From an uncultured Ignavibacteriales bacterium (GTDB taxonomy: Bacteria; Zixibacteria; MSB-5A5; GN15; FEB-12): a DNA stretch of 64,000 nucleotides. Below, piece by piece: positions 18,699 to 28,120 of this stretch (position 1 is its first letter; each line of letters begins with the position of its first letter). The stretch spans positions 71,085 through 135,084 of the forward strand of contig CAZFGK010000001.1 of the NCBI GenBank assembly GCA_964518635.1, in the 5' to 3' direction. The translations under genes and the position numbers were made by a program. The notes beneath the pieces were generated by a model that was not told the DNA's origin, made no database searches, and saw nothing but the letters and a program-made list of their open reading frames with translations.

Positions 18699-19336
18699 TA
18701 ATGTTTCGGCTGTGGAGTAATTCTCAGGTACGGCTTAATCACAGTGTAACCCTGAGGAAATCTCTTTTTCAAATCTTCGGGATCCTGGAGCGCGGGAGCA
18801 ATGACGCAGCCATCCCCCTGTTTCCATTCTACCGGAGTCGCAACGCTGTATTTGGCCGTCAATTGCAGTGAATCGATCACGCGCAAAATCTCATCAAAGC
18901 TGCGACCGGTTGAAGCAGGATAGGTGATGGTCAGTTTGATTTTCTTGTCGGGACCTACGACGAAGACAGATCGAACGGTGGTCGTTTCGCTGGCATTGGG
19001 ATGAATCATGTCATAAAGCGTAGATACTTTTCGATCAGCATCTGCCAATACAGGAAAGTTCATCGTCGTCTTCTGAGTTTCGTTGATATCGCCGATCCAT
19101 TTCTCGTGTGATGTGAGCGGGTCGACTGACAACGCGATCATTTTGACATTCCGCTTGTCAAATTCTGCCTTGAGCCGAGCCGCGCGGCCAAGTTCGGTGG
19201 TGCAGACGGGAGTGAAATCTGCCGGATGCGAAAAAAGCACCCCCCAGCCGTCACCGAGATACTGATGAAATGAAATCGGACCCATGGACGATTCCTGTGT
19301 AAAATCGGGAGCGATGTCGCCAAGACGAAGAGTCAT
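18698..19336 (-). CDS. 1-Cys peroxiredoxin (Prx6 subfamily)
   Basis: MTLRLGDIAPDFTQES... with the active-site motif HPADFTPVCTTELG. The start is placed at Met-22 of the track ORF (cat 19334-19336), preceded by AGGAGG. Confidence 0.9.
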   Translation of the reverse strand: MTLRLGDIAPDFTQESSMGPISFHQYLGDGWGVLFSHPADFTPVCTTELGRAARLKAEFDKRNVKMIALSVDPLTSHEKWIGDINETQKTTMNFPVLADADRKVSTLYDMIHPNASETTTVRSVFVVGPDKKIKLTITYPASTGRSFDEILRVIDSLQLTAKYSVATPVEWKQGDGCVIAPALQDPEDLKKRFPQGYTVIKPYLRITPQPKH

Positions 19337-19425
19337 TCTTGTTTCCTCCTGAAAACTTGTCAGTTTAGGTTCATGCGAAGATAATAGAAGTGCGTGCAAA
19401 CAAACAAGATGATCTTTGTAGCGTT

Positions 19426-20127
19426 CTATTTCATAGAATGAGTAAGAAGCTTACGAGTAAGGAGAAGATGCCATGTCAACGCCCCGGACACACAGACAGG
19501 TATGATGAAAGCGTAGGGGAGATGAAATCCCAGTTGTAGCGGCGGTTCCACCCCCCATGCAAATGGAAGTGGCGAAGACATGACTGCAACGCGCATCACA
19601 TTGAGCAAGAGTGCAAATCCAACGATATTCGCCCCCCATGCGATGAGTCGGGAACGATTCGCAAATGGTGCGGCCAGCAAGACAACAATCCCCGTAATGA
19701 TATCGAAGTTCTGACCAGTCCAAGTCATCGTCTGCGGAATAGTTCCCTGCTGCGCCCATGAATGAAGGACGAGTTCAAGTGGAACTCGAAAGAATTGAAA
19801 AGCAACCAACTCTGACATCGTGAGCCCCCGTGCAATCGTCCCCCCCGCAGTTGAGAGAGCGAAGTAGATTGCACCGAGATTGAGCAGCCCGAGAGTGATC
19901 ATTAACCAGGGGAACGGAGAGGATTCCAGGATACCGGAGAGCACGACTACGCTAAAGGCCGAAAGAACGAGCAGATACGCGATGCCAAACAGGAGTGTTC
20001 TTTTTTGGGCATCCTTGCCTAATCGTCGCTGTGCGATGTAGATGCCGCCCAGTTGCATGAACACCACAACCGAAAGAATGACTATGAAGAACATCAACGA
20101 GGTTGTTTCAGCAGGTACAAAAGTCAT
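19426..20127 (-). CDS. Integral membrane protein of unknown function (about 6-7 TM)
   Basis: Hydrophobic 233-aa ORF starting at Met-40 (cat 20125-20127). I do not recognise any family motif. Confidence 0.6.
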   Translation of the reverse strand: MTFVPAETTSLMFFIVILSVVVFMQLGGIYIAQRRLGKDAQKRTLLFGIAYLLVLSAFSVVVLSGILESSPFPWLMITLGLLNLGAIYFALSTAGGTIARGLTMSELVAFQFFRVPLELVLHSWAQQGTIPQTMTWTGQNFDIITGIVVLLAAPFANRSRLIAWGANIVGFALLLNVMRVAVMSSPLPFAWGVEPPLQLGFHLPYAFIIPVCVSGALTWHLLLTRKLLTHSMK

Positions 20128-20176
20128 GATAAGTATGTGATTGTCCTCTTCATGTGCAGAATGTACGCTAACGACT

Positions 20177-20704
20177 ATGAAAACTATAGACAATGAAAAA
20201 CTGAATGAGATCATCTGGGGGCAGTTTGGTGCGGCTATCGACATGCTCCAACGTGCGATTCAGGCGTGTCCCGATGAACACTGGGCTGTTGGACCTGAAT
20301 TTCAGCAGTTCTGGTATCTGAGTTATCACACTCTCTTCTTTCTTGATTTCAACCTGCATGGCAATCCCGAGACTTTTCAGCCCCGACCTCCCTTTGGACT
20401 GACCGAGCTTGATCCGGAAGGTCTGTTACCGGAGCGTGTCTTCACGAAGGAGGAACTCCTGGATTACCTCGCTCATTGCCATGAAAAGTGTCGCATACAA
20501 ATCAAGACAATGACCGCGGAGAAAGGGATGCAAGACTGCCCTTTCCCTAATCGCAAGATGAACAATCTTGAATTTTTGCTCTATCAAATGCGCCATGTCC
20601 AGCATCACGCTGCACAACTGAATCTCCTTCTGCGGCAGACAGTCGACGATGCCCCGACTTGGGTCAGCCGCAGCAAGATCGACCTAGACGGCCAGTTGAG
20701 GTAA
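20177..20704 (+). CDS. DinB-superfamily (DinB_2-like) four-helix-bundle protein
   Basis: Pattern of conserved His residues (YHTLFF..., QMRHVQHHAAQLNLLLRQ) typical of DinB/YfiT-like metalloproteins. The start is placed at MKTIDNEKL (20177). Confidence 0.75.
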   Translation: MKTIDNEKLNEIIWGQFGAAIDMLQRAIQACPDEHWAVGPEFQQFWYLSYHTLFFLDFNLHGNPETFQPRPPFGLTELDPEGLLPERVFTKEELLDYLAHCHEKCRIQIKTMTAEKGMQDCPFPNRKMNNLEFLLYQMRHVQHHAAQLNLLLRQTVDDAPTWVSRSKIDLDGQLR

Positions 20705-20772
20705 AGAGTCGTGACTGATTTCTGGCGGCCTTCAGGTAGATCAAGAACTGCCGACTTGACGAACTCCCCTTC

Positions 20773-21141
20773 TTGTTCGACTTTGCCATCGTGTCTCGTT
20801 TGATTCGTCAGAGCATATCACTTTTTGGAGTCGTCTGGTTCTTCTGGGCGACGACGTTCGTCCTCCCGTTACATCTGCATGAGAACAGCATCGACAGCTG
20901 TAATCATGCGTCAGATGTTGGAAACCATGACCAGCCATCAGAGGATCAACACTCCGATCATTCACGTCATCATGATTGCCAGGTCTGTCGGTACGACGGT
21001 CAATTCTGCGCGGTCATTCTACCGGTACCGACTATCTCCTACGCGGAAGAGTTTTCTGTTCGCACAGAAGATTCTTACACAGAAGCTGTTTCTCATTCTC
21101 TCATTGCTCGTTCCGAACGAGCACCTCCCTCACACTCCTGA
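20773..21141 (+). CDS. Small His/Cys-rich membrane-anchored protein, DUF2946-like
   Basis: N-terminal hydrophobic anchor (ISLFGVVWFFWATTFVLPL), a His-rich stretch (HLHENS...HDQPSEDQHSDHSRHHD), then CQVC followed by a hydrophobic AVILPVP. It sits directly upstream of a TonB-dependent receptor. The start is TTG at 20773 or GTG at 20791. Confidence 0.5.
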   Translation: MFDFAIVSRLIRQSISLFGVVWFFWATTFVLPLHLHENSIDSCNHASDVGNHDQPSEDQHSDHSRHHDCQVCRYDGQFCAVILPVPTISYAEEFSVRTEDSYTEAVSHSLIARSERAPPSHS

Positions 21142-21254
21142 TCTTCTCATTCTCGTCACGTCATTCCTCTGCTGAATGCAGATGATGGCAACCAAGGCAT
21201 TGAGTGCACTTCTCGAATGCTGCTTGTGAACGAATTGATTTTTCAGGAGAAACT

Positions 21255-23486
21255 ATGGCTCGTTTTATCAAAATACTCTTCTTTCTGATACCTTTTTTCA
21301 TGGGGGAAGACATCTTTGCGTCTCGATTGACCGGCTTGGTCACAGATACCGACGGAAAACCAATCCCGTATGTCACCGTCTCCCTTCCGGCTCTTCACCG
21401 TGGCTGTGCAACGGATACCCTCGGCGGTTTTCTGATCGAAGCCGTCCCTGCCGGACGATATGCCCTTCAATTCTCCAGCGTGAATTATCAGACGAAAGTG
21501 CTGACTGTCACACTGGAAGAGACTGGCATCGAAGTAAACGTCACACTTGAATCACAGACACTTGAAGTCGGCAGCATAACTGTCACTGCAACCTCTCAGG
21601 CGACCGATACGAAAAATTCCTCGCAATCAGTCAGTGTCCTGCAAGAACGAAAGATCGCCACCTTGCGCGGGGAAACCATCGGAACAGCACTTGCACATCA
21701 ACCGGGAATCAGCACATTCTCAACCGGAACTTCTGTCGAAAAACCGGTCGTGCGAGGACTCACTTCGCAGCGCGTGTTAGTAGTGAGTGATGGGATTCGT
21801 CAGGAGGGGCAGCAATGGGGGGACGAACATGGAACAGAAATTGATCCATTTGGAGCTGAGAGTATCGAAATCGTCCGAGGCCCCGGTTCGGTTCTGTTCG
21901 GATCGGATGCCCTTGGCGGAGTGATCAATGTGCGAAGCAAAGAGGTCCCCCGCGCAGATGAAGGAGCTCCGCAACTCGCGGCGAGGTTCTCCGGTGATCT
22001 GTTCAGCGGAAATGATCAGGCCGCCGGTGACGTTGAACTGATGGGCGCGATTGATCGTATCGGATTTCGCGGAAGTCTCTCAGGAAGAAATTCCGGCAAT
22101 ACTCGAACACCATCTGGGACTCTTTTCAACAGTGGCGAAGAGCAGACCAATTTCGGCGGCGCATTCGCGTATCATCATGATCGCTTCTCATTCGATGTCG
22201 ACTATCTGCATTTCGATCAACTGCTAGAAATTCATGAAGACCCGAGTGAAGATCCGCTTGCGACACCCCGGCAGGATATTACCCATGATCGCCTGCATGC
22301 TCATCTGCTTTTGCCAACGAGACCATTTCGATTTGAACTACACTCCGGCTGGCAGAGGAATCATCGCCGTGAACTGGAGTCGATTGATGCCGCCGATCCG
22401 GTTCTTCATCTTGATTTGACAACATTTACTGCCGATCTCAAAGCGCATCACGCACCAATTGGAGATTTTTCGGGTACTATCGGCGTTTCGCTTATTGATC
22501 AGCAAAACTGTAGTCGCGCTGCAGAAAAACTCATTCCAGAATTTGACAACCTGGCGTGGGGAGCATTTCTGTTTGAACAGTATTCCCGCGACAAGTTCGT
22601 GCTCTCAATCGGCGCACGAATCGACCAGCATACTCTTGATATTCGGGAGACTATCGGAGAGGAGGATTTCTTTGTCCCCTCACAATCGCTGGACTATTCC
22701 TCATTTTCCGGCTCAGTTGGCGCAGTCTATCATCTCTCTGATGCGGTTTCATTGGCGGGAAATATCGGTCGAGCCTGGCGCGCACCTACCGCATTTGAGT
22801 TGTTCATTGATGGAGTACATGAAGGGACCAGTCGCTACGAGATTGGCACGAATACTCTCGAACCAGAGAGATCCGTCGCACTGGATGGCTCCCTTCGCAT
22901 CAATACAAAGACGGTGTCGGCATCGTTGAGCCTCTATCGGAACATGATCGGCCGGTTCATCTATATTAATCCGACCGGGGATGTCGATGCCGAAAGTGGT
23001 TTTGATATTTTTACTTATCGTCAGGCAGATGCATCCCTGACCGGCGGTGAATTTGCGATCCAGTATGCCCTCTCATCCCATTGGGTACTGGGCGCGGGAT
23101 ATGATATCGTACGAGGGAGGAATGACGAACTTGATCTGCCGCTTCCGTTGATTCCTGCTGACCGGATCATGGGAACTCTTCGATGGAATGCGAGAGCACT
23201 CTCGCGAACAGTCCTCAATCCGTTCGCAGAGATTGAGATGATCAGTATCATGGAACAGAACCGAGTAAGTGAGTTCGAGGAACCATCAAGAGGAAGAGTG
23301 ACACTCAACTTTTCCGGAGGATTCGAAGTGCCACTTGGAGATGATCATCTTCTGATTGATGCGGGAATCAAGAACATGCTGAATCAGCAGTATCGCGATC
23401 ATCTCTCGAGATATCGCGCCTACGCCGACAATCCGGGAGTGAATGCGTATCTGAAATTTTCGATACCGTTAACCCTTGTGAAGTGA
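21255..23486 (+). CDS. TonB-dependent outer-membrane receptor with N-terminal carboxypeptidase-regulatory-like domain
   Basis: Signal peptide MARFIKILFFLIPFFMGEDIFA. CarboxypepD_reg-like segment (LTGLVTDTDGKPIPYVTVSL). Plug motifs (VRGLTSQRVLVVSDGIRQEGQQWGDEHG; IEIVRGPGSVLFGSDALGGVINV). Long beta-barrel. RBS CAGGAGA lies 4 nt upstream of the ATG at 21255. Confidence 0.9.
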   Translation: MARFIKILFFLIPFFMGEDIFASRLTGLVTDTDGKPIPYVTVSLPALHRGCATDTLGGFLIEAVPAGRYALQFSSVNYQTKVLTVTLEETGIEVNVTLESQTLEVGSITVTATSQATDTKNSSQSVSVLQERKIATLRGETIGTALAHQPGISTFSTGTSVEKPVVRGLTSQRVLVVSDGIRQEGQQWGDEHGTEIDPFGAESIEIVRGPGSVLFGSDALGGVINVRSKEVPRADEGAPQLAARFSGDLFSGNDQAAGDVELMGAIDRIGFRGSLSGRNSGNTRTPSGTLFNSGEEQTNFGGAFAYHHDRFSFDVDYLHFDQLLEIHEDPSEDPLATPRQDITHDRLHAHLLLPTRPFRFELHSGWQRNHRRELESIDAADPVLHLDLTTFTADLKAHHAPIGDFSGTIGVSLIDQQNCSRAAEKLIPEFDNLAWGAFLFEQYSRDKFVLSIGARIDQHTLDIRETIGEEDFFVPSQSLDYSSFSGSVGAVYHLSDAVSLAGNIGRAWRAPTAFELFIDGVHEGTSRYEIGTNTLEPERSVALDGSLRINTKTVSASLSLYRNMIGRFIYINPTGDVDAESGFDIFTYRQADASLTGGEFAIQYALSSHWVLGAGYDIVRGRNDELDLPLPLIPADRIMGTLRWNARALSRTVLNPFAEIEMISIMEQNRVSEFEEPSRGRVTLNFSGGFEVPLGDDHLLIDAGIKNMLNQQYRDHLSRYRAYADNPGVNAYLKFSIPLTLVK

Positions 23487-23553
23487 CGCTTGGTGTTGAG
23501 GGACGGCAAAAACTCCATCGCTGTCCCTCACAATACCAGATCTTTTTTCCGCC

Positions 23554-24774
23554 CTACTTCCGTCGCAGGCAATAGAGCGTGCCATCTGAACTGCTGATGA
23601 CAAGGAGTGAATCAGTCACTGCGGGAGAAGAGAAAAATGCGCCGACTTCATACTCAACCGCAATGAATCCTTCATTGCTGGTTACAATATCAAAGATGTC
23701 ATCCCGAAAAGAATCATCCGGTTTGAAATATTTCAGATGATTCGCGCGATAGCCATCGGTTGCAAACGACCATTGAATCGCACCGGACTTTGCATCTAGT
23801 GCGAACATGCGTCCCTGAAGCGTCCCGACATAGATGGTTGAATCTTTTCTTATTGGAGAGCCGAAGATATTGAAGCCGAGATTGGTTCTCCAGTGCTCTG
23901 CCCCCCAGACCGGATCAATCGCAATGAGAACTCGATCATCTGAGGTGCCGATGTACAACACTGAGTCGGTCAGGGTCAGAGCAAGCCCCCATCCACGTGC
24001 GAATCGCTTGTTCCAGTAAGCGAAACCGCTATCCTGATCGAGTGAATATTCATTGTAATCACGAGCACCAACATGCACGAGCCCATACCCTGCCACTGGA
24101 TTTCCCATCACCTCCCCTTTCGGAAAATAACGATGCCCGATGGTTTTGAATTTCCAGAGAAGTTCACCAGTTTGCCGATTGAGAGCATAAAAGGTGCCGT
24201 CAAATGAACCGACGAATATCCGATCACCGTCGATTGCCGCGCGGACTCGGATCGGACCATTCGTTTGAAATTTCCAGATCGATTTTCCGGTTGCAACATG
24301 CAACGCATGAAATGCACCATTGCAGAATCCAACGTAGACAAGACTGTCTGCAATAACTGGTGACGATTGAAAATAGTCAGCGAAATCGTATTGTGTGTCA
24401 GGACCTGTTTGAAATTTCCATTGCAGTGAGCCATCAGTGGCTTTTAACGAGTAGCAGCTTCCATCACCAGAAGTGAAAACAACGTTACTTCCAACAGTCG
24501 TAGCAGTCGAACGTATTTCACCGTTGGTCTTGAACTTCCACCTTACATTGCCGTTGATGAGATTGACTGCATAGAACTGGCTATCAAGGGAACCGATATA
24601 GATACTCTGATCTGCAATCAACGGTGACGAAATAAACGGAGCCGTGGCTCTCATTCGCCAGAGAACAGGAGGCGGCGGAGTATCAGTCTCCAGTGTTGAT
24701 TTGGGTTCTGCCAGAGTGTGACAAGCCCAGAAAAGGATGATTAGAGTACAGAAACTCTTTGGCGCGTAGTTCAT
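23554..24774 (-). CDS. PQQ-like/BamB-like beta-propeller repeat protein (secreted)
   Basis: Repeated blades of the form SPxIADxxIYIGSxDxxFYAxNxxxGxxxWKFxT. The start is placed at Met-50 (cat 24772-24774), which gives the signal peptide MNYAPKSFCTLIILFWACHTLA. Confidence 0.85.
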   Translation of the reverse strand: MNYAPKSFCTLIILFWACHTLAEPKSTLETDTPPPPVLWRMRATAPFISSPLIADQSIYIGSLDSQFYAVNLINGNVRWKFKTNGEIRSTATTVGSNVVFTSGDGSCYSLKATDGSLQWKFQTGPDTQYDFADYFQSSPVIADSLVYVGFCNGAFHALHVATGKSIWKFQTNGPIRVRAAIDGDRIFVGSFDGTFYALNRQTGELLWKFKTIGHRYFPKGEVMGNPVAGYGLVHVGARDYNEYSLDQDSGFAYWNKRFARGWGLALTLTDSVLYIGTSDDRVLIAIDPVWGAEHWRTNLGFNIFGSPIRKDSTIYVGTLQGRMFALDAKSGAIQWSFATDGYRANHLKYFKPDDSFRDDIFDIVTSNEGFIAVEYEVGAFFSSPAVTDSLLVISSSDGTLYCLRRK

Positions 24775-24844
24775 AGTTCCAATTTGACGAACTGCATACG
24801 CCAATTGTTTATTCAGTTCGAACGAATTGTGAACAGGAGCCTTC

Positions 24845-25237
24845 ATGTTTGATGCCGGTAATTCGCCAGTGAATCGATTCCTCGGAACCGAAGTCAAATT
24901 GACCGAAGTTGGGCATGTCATTGTTCACTGTCCGATACAGGAATCATTTATACAGGAAACCGGTGTCGTGCAGGGAGGGATTCTCAGTGCCGTTGCCGAT
25001 CAGGCCGCCGGATTGTGCGCGCTGAGTGTACTCAAAAACGGCGAGATGACTGCCGGGATCGAATTCAAAGTCAACTTTCTCACGCCAGCAAGATTTCCCG
25101 GGCTGCTTGTTGCGGATGCGAAGATGAAAAAACGTGGCGGCAAGATCGCTGTCGTCGAAACTGACCTGGCATCTGATGACCAGATCGTTCTGACCGGAAT
25201 CTTCACCTTTCTCATCTGGACTCCGAATAATAAGTAG
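24845..25237 (+). CDS. PaaI/4HBT-type hotdog-fold thioesterase
   Basis: 130 aa. NRFLGTEVKLTEVGHVIV...TGVVQGGILSAVADQAAG is the PaaI-family signature region. Confidence 0.8.
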   Translation: MFDAGNSPVNRFLGTEVKLTEVGHVIVHCPIQESFIQETGVVQGGILSAVADQAAGLCALSVLKNGEMTAGIEFKVNFLTPARFPGLLVADAKMKKRGGKIAVVETDLASDDQIVLTGIFTFLIWTPNNK

Positions 25238-25369
25238 AAATCATCGTACACTTTCGGAACCGACGTTGAACTGTACTGTGTAAGACGCTTAGAAATTCCA
25301 CAGGTCGCGACAGTTGTGGTCTCAGTTCACAAGACTCATGTATGACATGTACGGTCAGGAGATTGATCA

Positions 25370-26146
25370 GTGGTAGAAACCATTGCAGTTCGTCGTTCCA
25401 GATTCTGGATTTCCCATTTTACTCACTCAGCTGCACATCCCCCTGAAATTGATTTTAGCAAATCAGGCCATATCTCACCTCTCGAAAAAGGAATTATCAC
25501 TTCATCTATTCAGAAGTTTCAGCTTGGTGAGGGATCGGATGGATATCATTTGATTGTTGCCGCAGCGCGCTATGGTGAACAGTTCAATGATCCTGATTAT
25601 CTGATTGCTATCCGGTTGTTTATCAAAGAGGAGCAGCGACATTCCGCTGATCTCGGCCGCTTTATGGAATACGAGGAGATTCCCCGCATTCACTCAACTT
25701 ATACCGACTGGATCTTTCGACGCGTACGAAGATTTGGAAGTTCACTCGAAGGGATGCTGCGGACACTGCTCGTAGCTGAAACCATTGCGCTTGTCTATTA
25801 CACAGCACTTCGGGATGCCACCGGCTCGAAGGTCTTGAAGCAGATATGTGAACGCATTCTAGAAGATGAAGCCCACCATCTGCAGTTTCAGACGGAACGG
25901 CTGGCTATTCTCTCCCGTTATCGTTCTCGATTGCGCAATCTGTTTGCGACCTGCGCCCATATCGGACTCTACACCGGCGCTGTCGGAGTAGTTTGGCTTG
26001 ATCATCGGAAGGTCTTTCGTGCCGGCGGCTATGATCTGAACCGCTATCTCCGCAGCTGTTTTCATGAATTTGCAGAGGTCTTAGCGGCTATTGAACGGCA
26101 GCAACGTGCCCAGCGACAATTCTCTCTTCTTCGTCAGACGAGATAA
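25370..26146 (+). CDS. Ferritin-like di-iron carboxylate protein, function unknown
   Basis: Two ExxH motifs spaced like a di-iron four-helix bundle (IKEEQRHSADL and LEDEAHHLQFQ), plus candidate partner glutamates (QLGEGSDG, LVAETIAL). Confidence 0.6.
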   Translation: MVETIAVRRSRFWISHFTHSAAHPPEIDFSKSGHISPLEKGIITSSIQKFQLGEGSDGYHLIVAAARYGEQFNDPDYLIAIRLFIKEEQRHSADLGRFMEYEEIPRIHSTYTDWIFRRVRRFGSSLEGMLRTLLVAETIALVYYTALRDATGSKVLKQICERILEDEAHHLQFQTERLAILSRYRSRLRNLFATCAHIGLYTGAVGVVWLDHRKVFRAGGYDLNRYLRSCFHEFAEVLAAIERQQRAQRQFSLLRQTR

Positions 26147-26208
26147 GGAAGTCCGCGAGGAGGAATTCCCCCGCTTGCCGGATTCAGGAGAGCAGCTATC
26201 TTCAGGTT

Positions 26209-27024
26209 GTGAATTCCCTCGTCCGCTTTCCTGCACCTCCGCTGCATGACTTCATCGAGAACATCTTCGGATACGAGCATTATTATCCGTCACACCGAAA
26301 AGAGCGGCTCTTTCCAGACGGAAGTATGTCTTTGATCATCGACTTGGATGACTCTCCGAAACGTCTCTATCACACGTCTGGAAAAGATGAGTACACGGAG
26401 TTTCGTCACTGCTGGATTTCCGGTGAGCAAACCAGACCACTGATCATCGGGGCGGCACATTCTTCGATGATCATCGTCCGATTCACTCCAGGAGGGGCGT
26501 GGCCATTCTTTACGGTCCCGATGAGCGAACTAACCAATCAGGTGGTGCCGCTGTCCTCACTGATTGGAAATCTCATCAACGATGCACGAGATCAGATTCT
26601 GCAGGGGAGGTCACTCGATGAGAAACTCCAGCGTACTGAGGATTTTTTTCGGAGTCGTTTTCGCGGACCTTTGAACGGAACTAGGACTGTCCAGGAGGGG
26701 ATTCGTCGTCTCTCTCAACACGGTATGAGACCGAAGGTCCGAGAGCTTGCCAATGATCTTGGTATCTCGCAGAAGCATCTGATTGCTCTTTTTCATGATC
26801 ATGTCGGACTCACTCCCAAGCAGTTTGCACGAGTCAGTAGATTTCAGCAGGCGATGATTCTGATGGGGCTCAGTGGCACGGTGGAATTGCAATCGGTGAT
26901 TCATCAGTGCGGCTACTACGATCAGGCGCATTTCAATCATGAATTTAAAGAGATGACAACAATGACCCCATCTGACTACCTGAGCAGCCGAACCGAGTTC
27001 ATGAATTATGTCTTTATCGAGTAA
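26209..27024 (+). CDS. AraC-family transcriptional regulator
   Basis: C-terminal double HTH (VRELANDLGISQKHLIALFHDHVGLTPKQFARVSRF...CGYYDQAHFNHEFKEMTTMTPSDYL). GTG start. Confidence 0.85.
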   Translation: MNSLVRFPAPPLHDFIENIFGYEHYYPSHRKERLFPDGSMSLIIDLDDSPKRLYHTSGKDEYTEFRHCWISGEQTRPLIIGAAHSSMIIVRFTPGGAWPFFTVPMSELTNQVVPLSSLIGNLINDARDQILQGRSLDEKLQRTEDFFRSRFRGPLNGTRTVQEGIRRLSQHGMRPKVRELANDLGISQKHLIALFHDHVGLTPKQFARVSRFQQAMILMGLSGTVELQSVIHQCGYYDQAHFNHEFKEMTTMTPSDYLSSRTEFMNYVFIE

Positions 27025-27134
27025 GACGTAATTTTTTTACAAGACATTCTCCATAAAACCTCTCTTTTTGATTTTCTCTGAACAGGCGTGGGAGGAAAGT
27101 CCTGCGAGCAAAGCAAATGGAATAGGAGGAAGAA

Positions 27135-27542
27135 ATGGATCCATCATCTATCAACTGGTTGGCAGTACTGGTCGCGGCAGTGGCAATGTTCGCTCTTGGG
27201 GGGCTATGGTATTCACCAATGTTGTTCGCGAAGAGCTGGCAGAAAGCCGCCGGCGTAACTGATGAGCAACTGAAGAACGCCAATATGGGGGTCATATTCG
27301 GGATCGCATTTGTTTTCGCCCTGATCATGGCTGCGAATCTCGCCTTCTATCTGGCCGATCCGGCGACCGATCTCGTCTGGGGAATGACCGCCGGATTTCT
27401 TGCCGGTTTCGGCTGGGTCTTTCTGAGTATCGGGACTTTGATGCTCTTTGAACGACGTCCCTGGAGTTATCTGTTCATCAACGGCGGCTATTTTGTCGTC
27501 GGCTTTGTTGCCATGGGTGCGATCATCGGCGCGTGGCGTTAG
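27135..27542 (+). CDS. DUF1761-family membrane protein
   Basis: N-terminus INWLAVLVAAVAMFALGGLWYSPMLFAKSW matches the DUF1761 signature as I recall it. About 4 TM segments. Confidence 0.7.
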   Translation: MDPSSINWLAVLVAAVAMFALGGLWYSPMLFAKSWQKAAGVTDEQLKNANMGVIFGIAFVFALIMAANLAFYLADPATDLVWGMTAGFLAGFGWVFLSIGTLMLFERRPWSYLFINGGYFVVGFVAMGAIIGAWR

Positions 27543-28060
27543 TGCGAAAACATATTGTATTTGTTCTGATGCTCACGCTGTCAGCTTTTTCCTGTTCGGA
27601 GAAGACCACGGCAGATAAGAAAGCCGAAACAGCCAGGGCAGATGTCGCTCGTCCGATGACTCTGAGTGATCAGATGGTTGGCGAATGGTACAATCTGTCG
27701 ATGGTGGTCGACTTCAATACCGGTGACACTACTCCCTCGACGCTTCCTGACATGAAGGTGGATTCGACGAACTGGGAGCAAACACTTCAGATCAAGCCGA
27801 TTCACACTACCTTTAGATCAGATAGTACCTGGTCGTCGATTTACAGAAATCTCGCAGACTCTATCGTCCGAGATGTCAGTGGTATCTGGTGGTTTGAAGG
27901 GGACACCTTGGTCTATCGAACACTGCTGCCACAGCCCTACCCTGACGAACGATTTTTCACTCGTATTGAAGGGAATGTTGTGACATTCGAGGGATTTCTT
28001 GATTTCGATCAGGATGGATCTATGGATGACCACTACTTTGGAACACAGAGAAAAAAATAG
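27533..28060 (+). CDS. Small lipoprotein of unknown function
   Basis: Signal peptide with lipobox LSAFS|C. GTG start at 27533 or 27542, overlapping the DUF1761 stop, which suggests translational coupling. Confidence 0.6.
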   Translation: MALVRKHIVFVLMLTLSAFSCSEKTTADKKAETARADVARPMTLSDQMVGEWYNLSMVVDFNTGDTTPSTLPDMKVDSTNWEQTLQIKPIHTTFRSDSTWSSIYRNLADSIVRDVSGIWWFEGDTLVYRTLLPQPYPDERFFTRIEGNVVTFEGFLDFDQDGSMDDHYFGTQRKK

Positions 28061-28083
28061 GCGCTTCCGTTTGAGCGGAAGCG
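28050..28083 (-). terminator. Terminator of the minor-pilin operon (hairpin shared with the convergent lipoprotein gene)
   Basis: CGCTTCCG / CGGAAGCG stem (28062-28083). On the minus strand it is followed by CTATTTTTTT. On the plus strand only TCTTT follows. Confidence 0.65.
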
Positions 28084-28120
28084 TCTTTAAAAAAATCCGA
28101 TTCGCTGGTATTCGCTGTCT

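Noticed and set aside
21142-21254. Looked for a cobalamin riboswitch or Fur box upstream of the TonB-dependent receptor, and for a SAM riboswitch upstream of the mtn operon (55329-55378).
   Set aside because: No B12-box, Fur-box or SAM-riboswitch core sequences are visible, and the mtn upstream region is too short to hold one.
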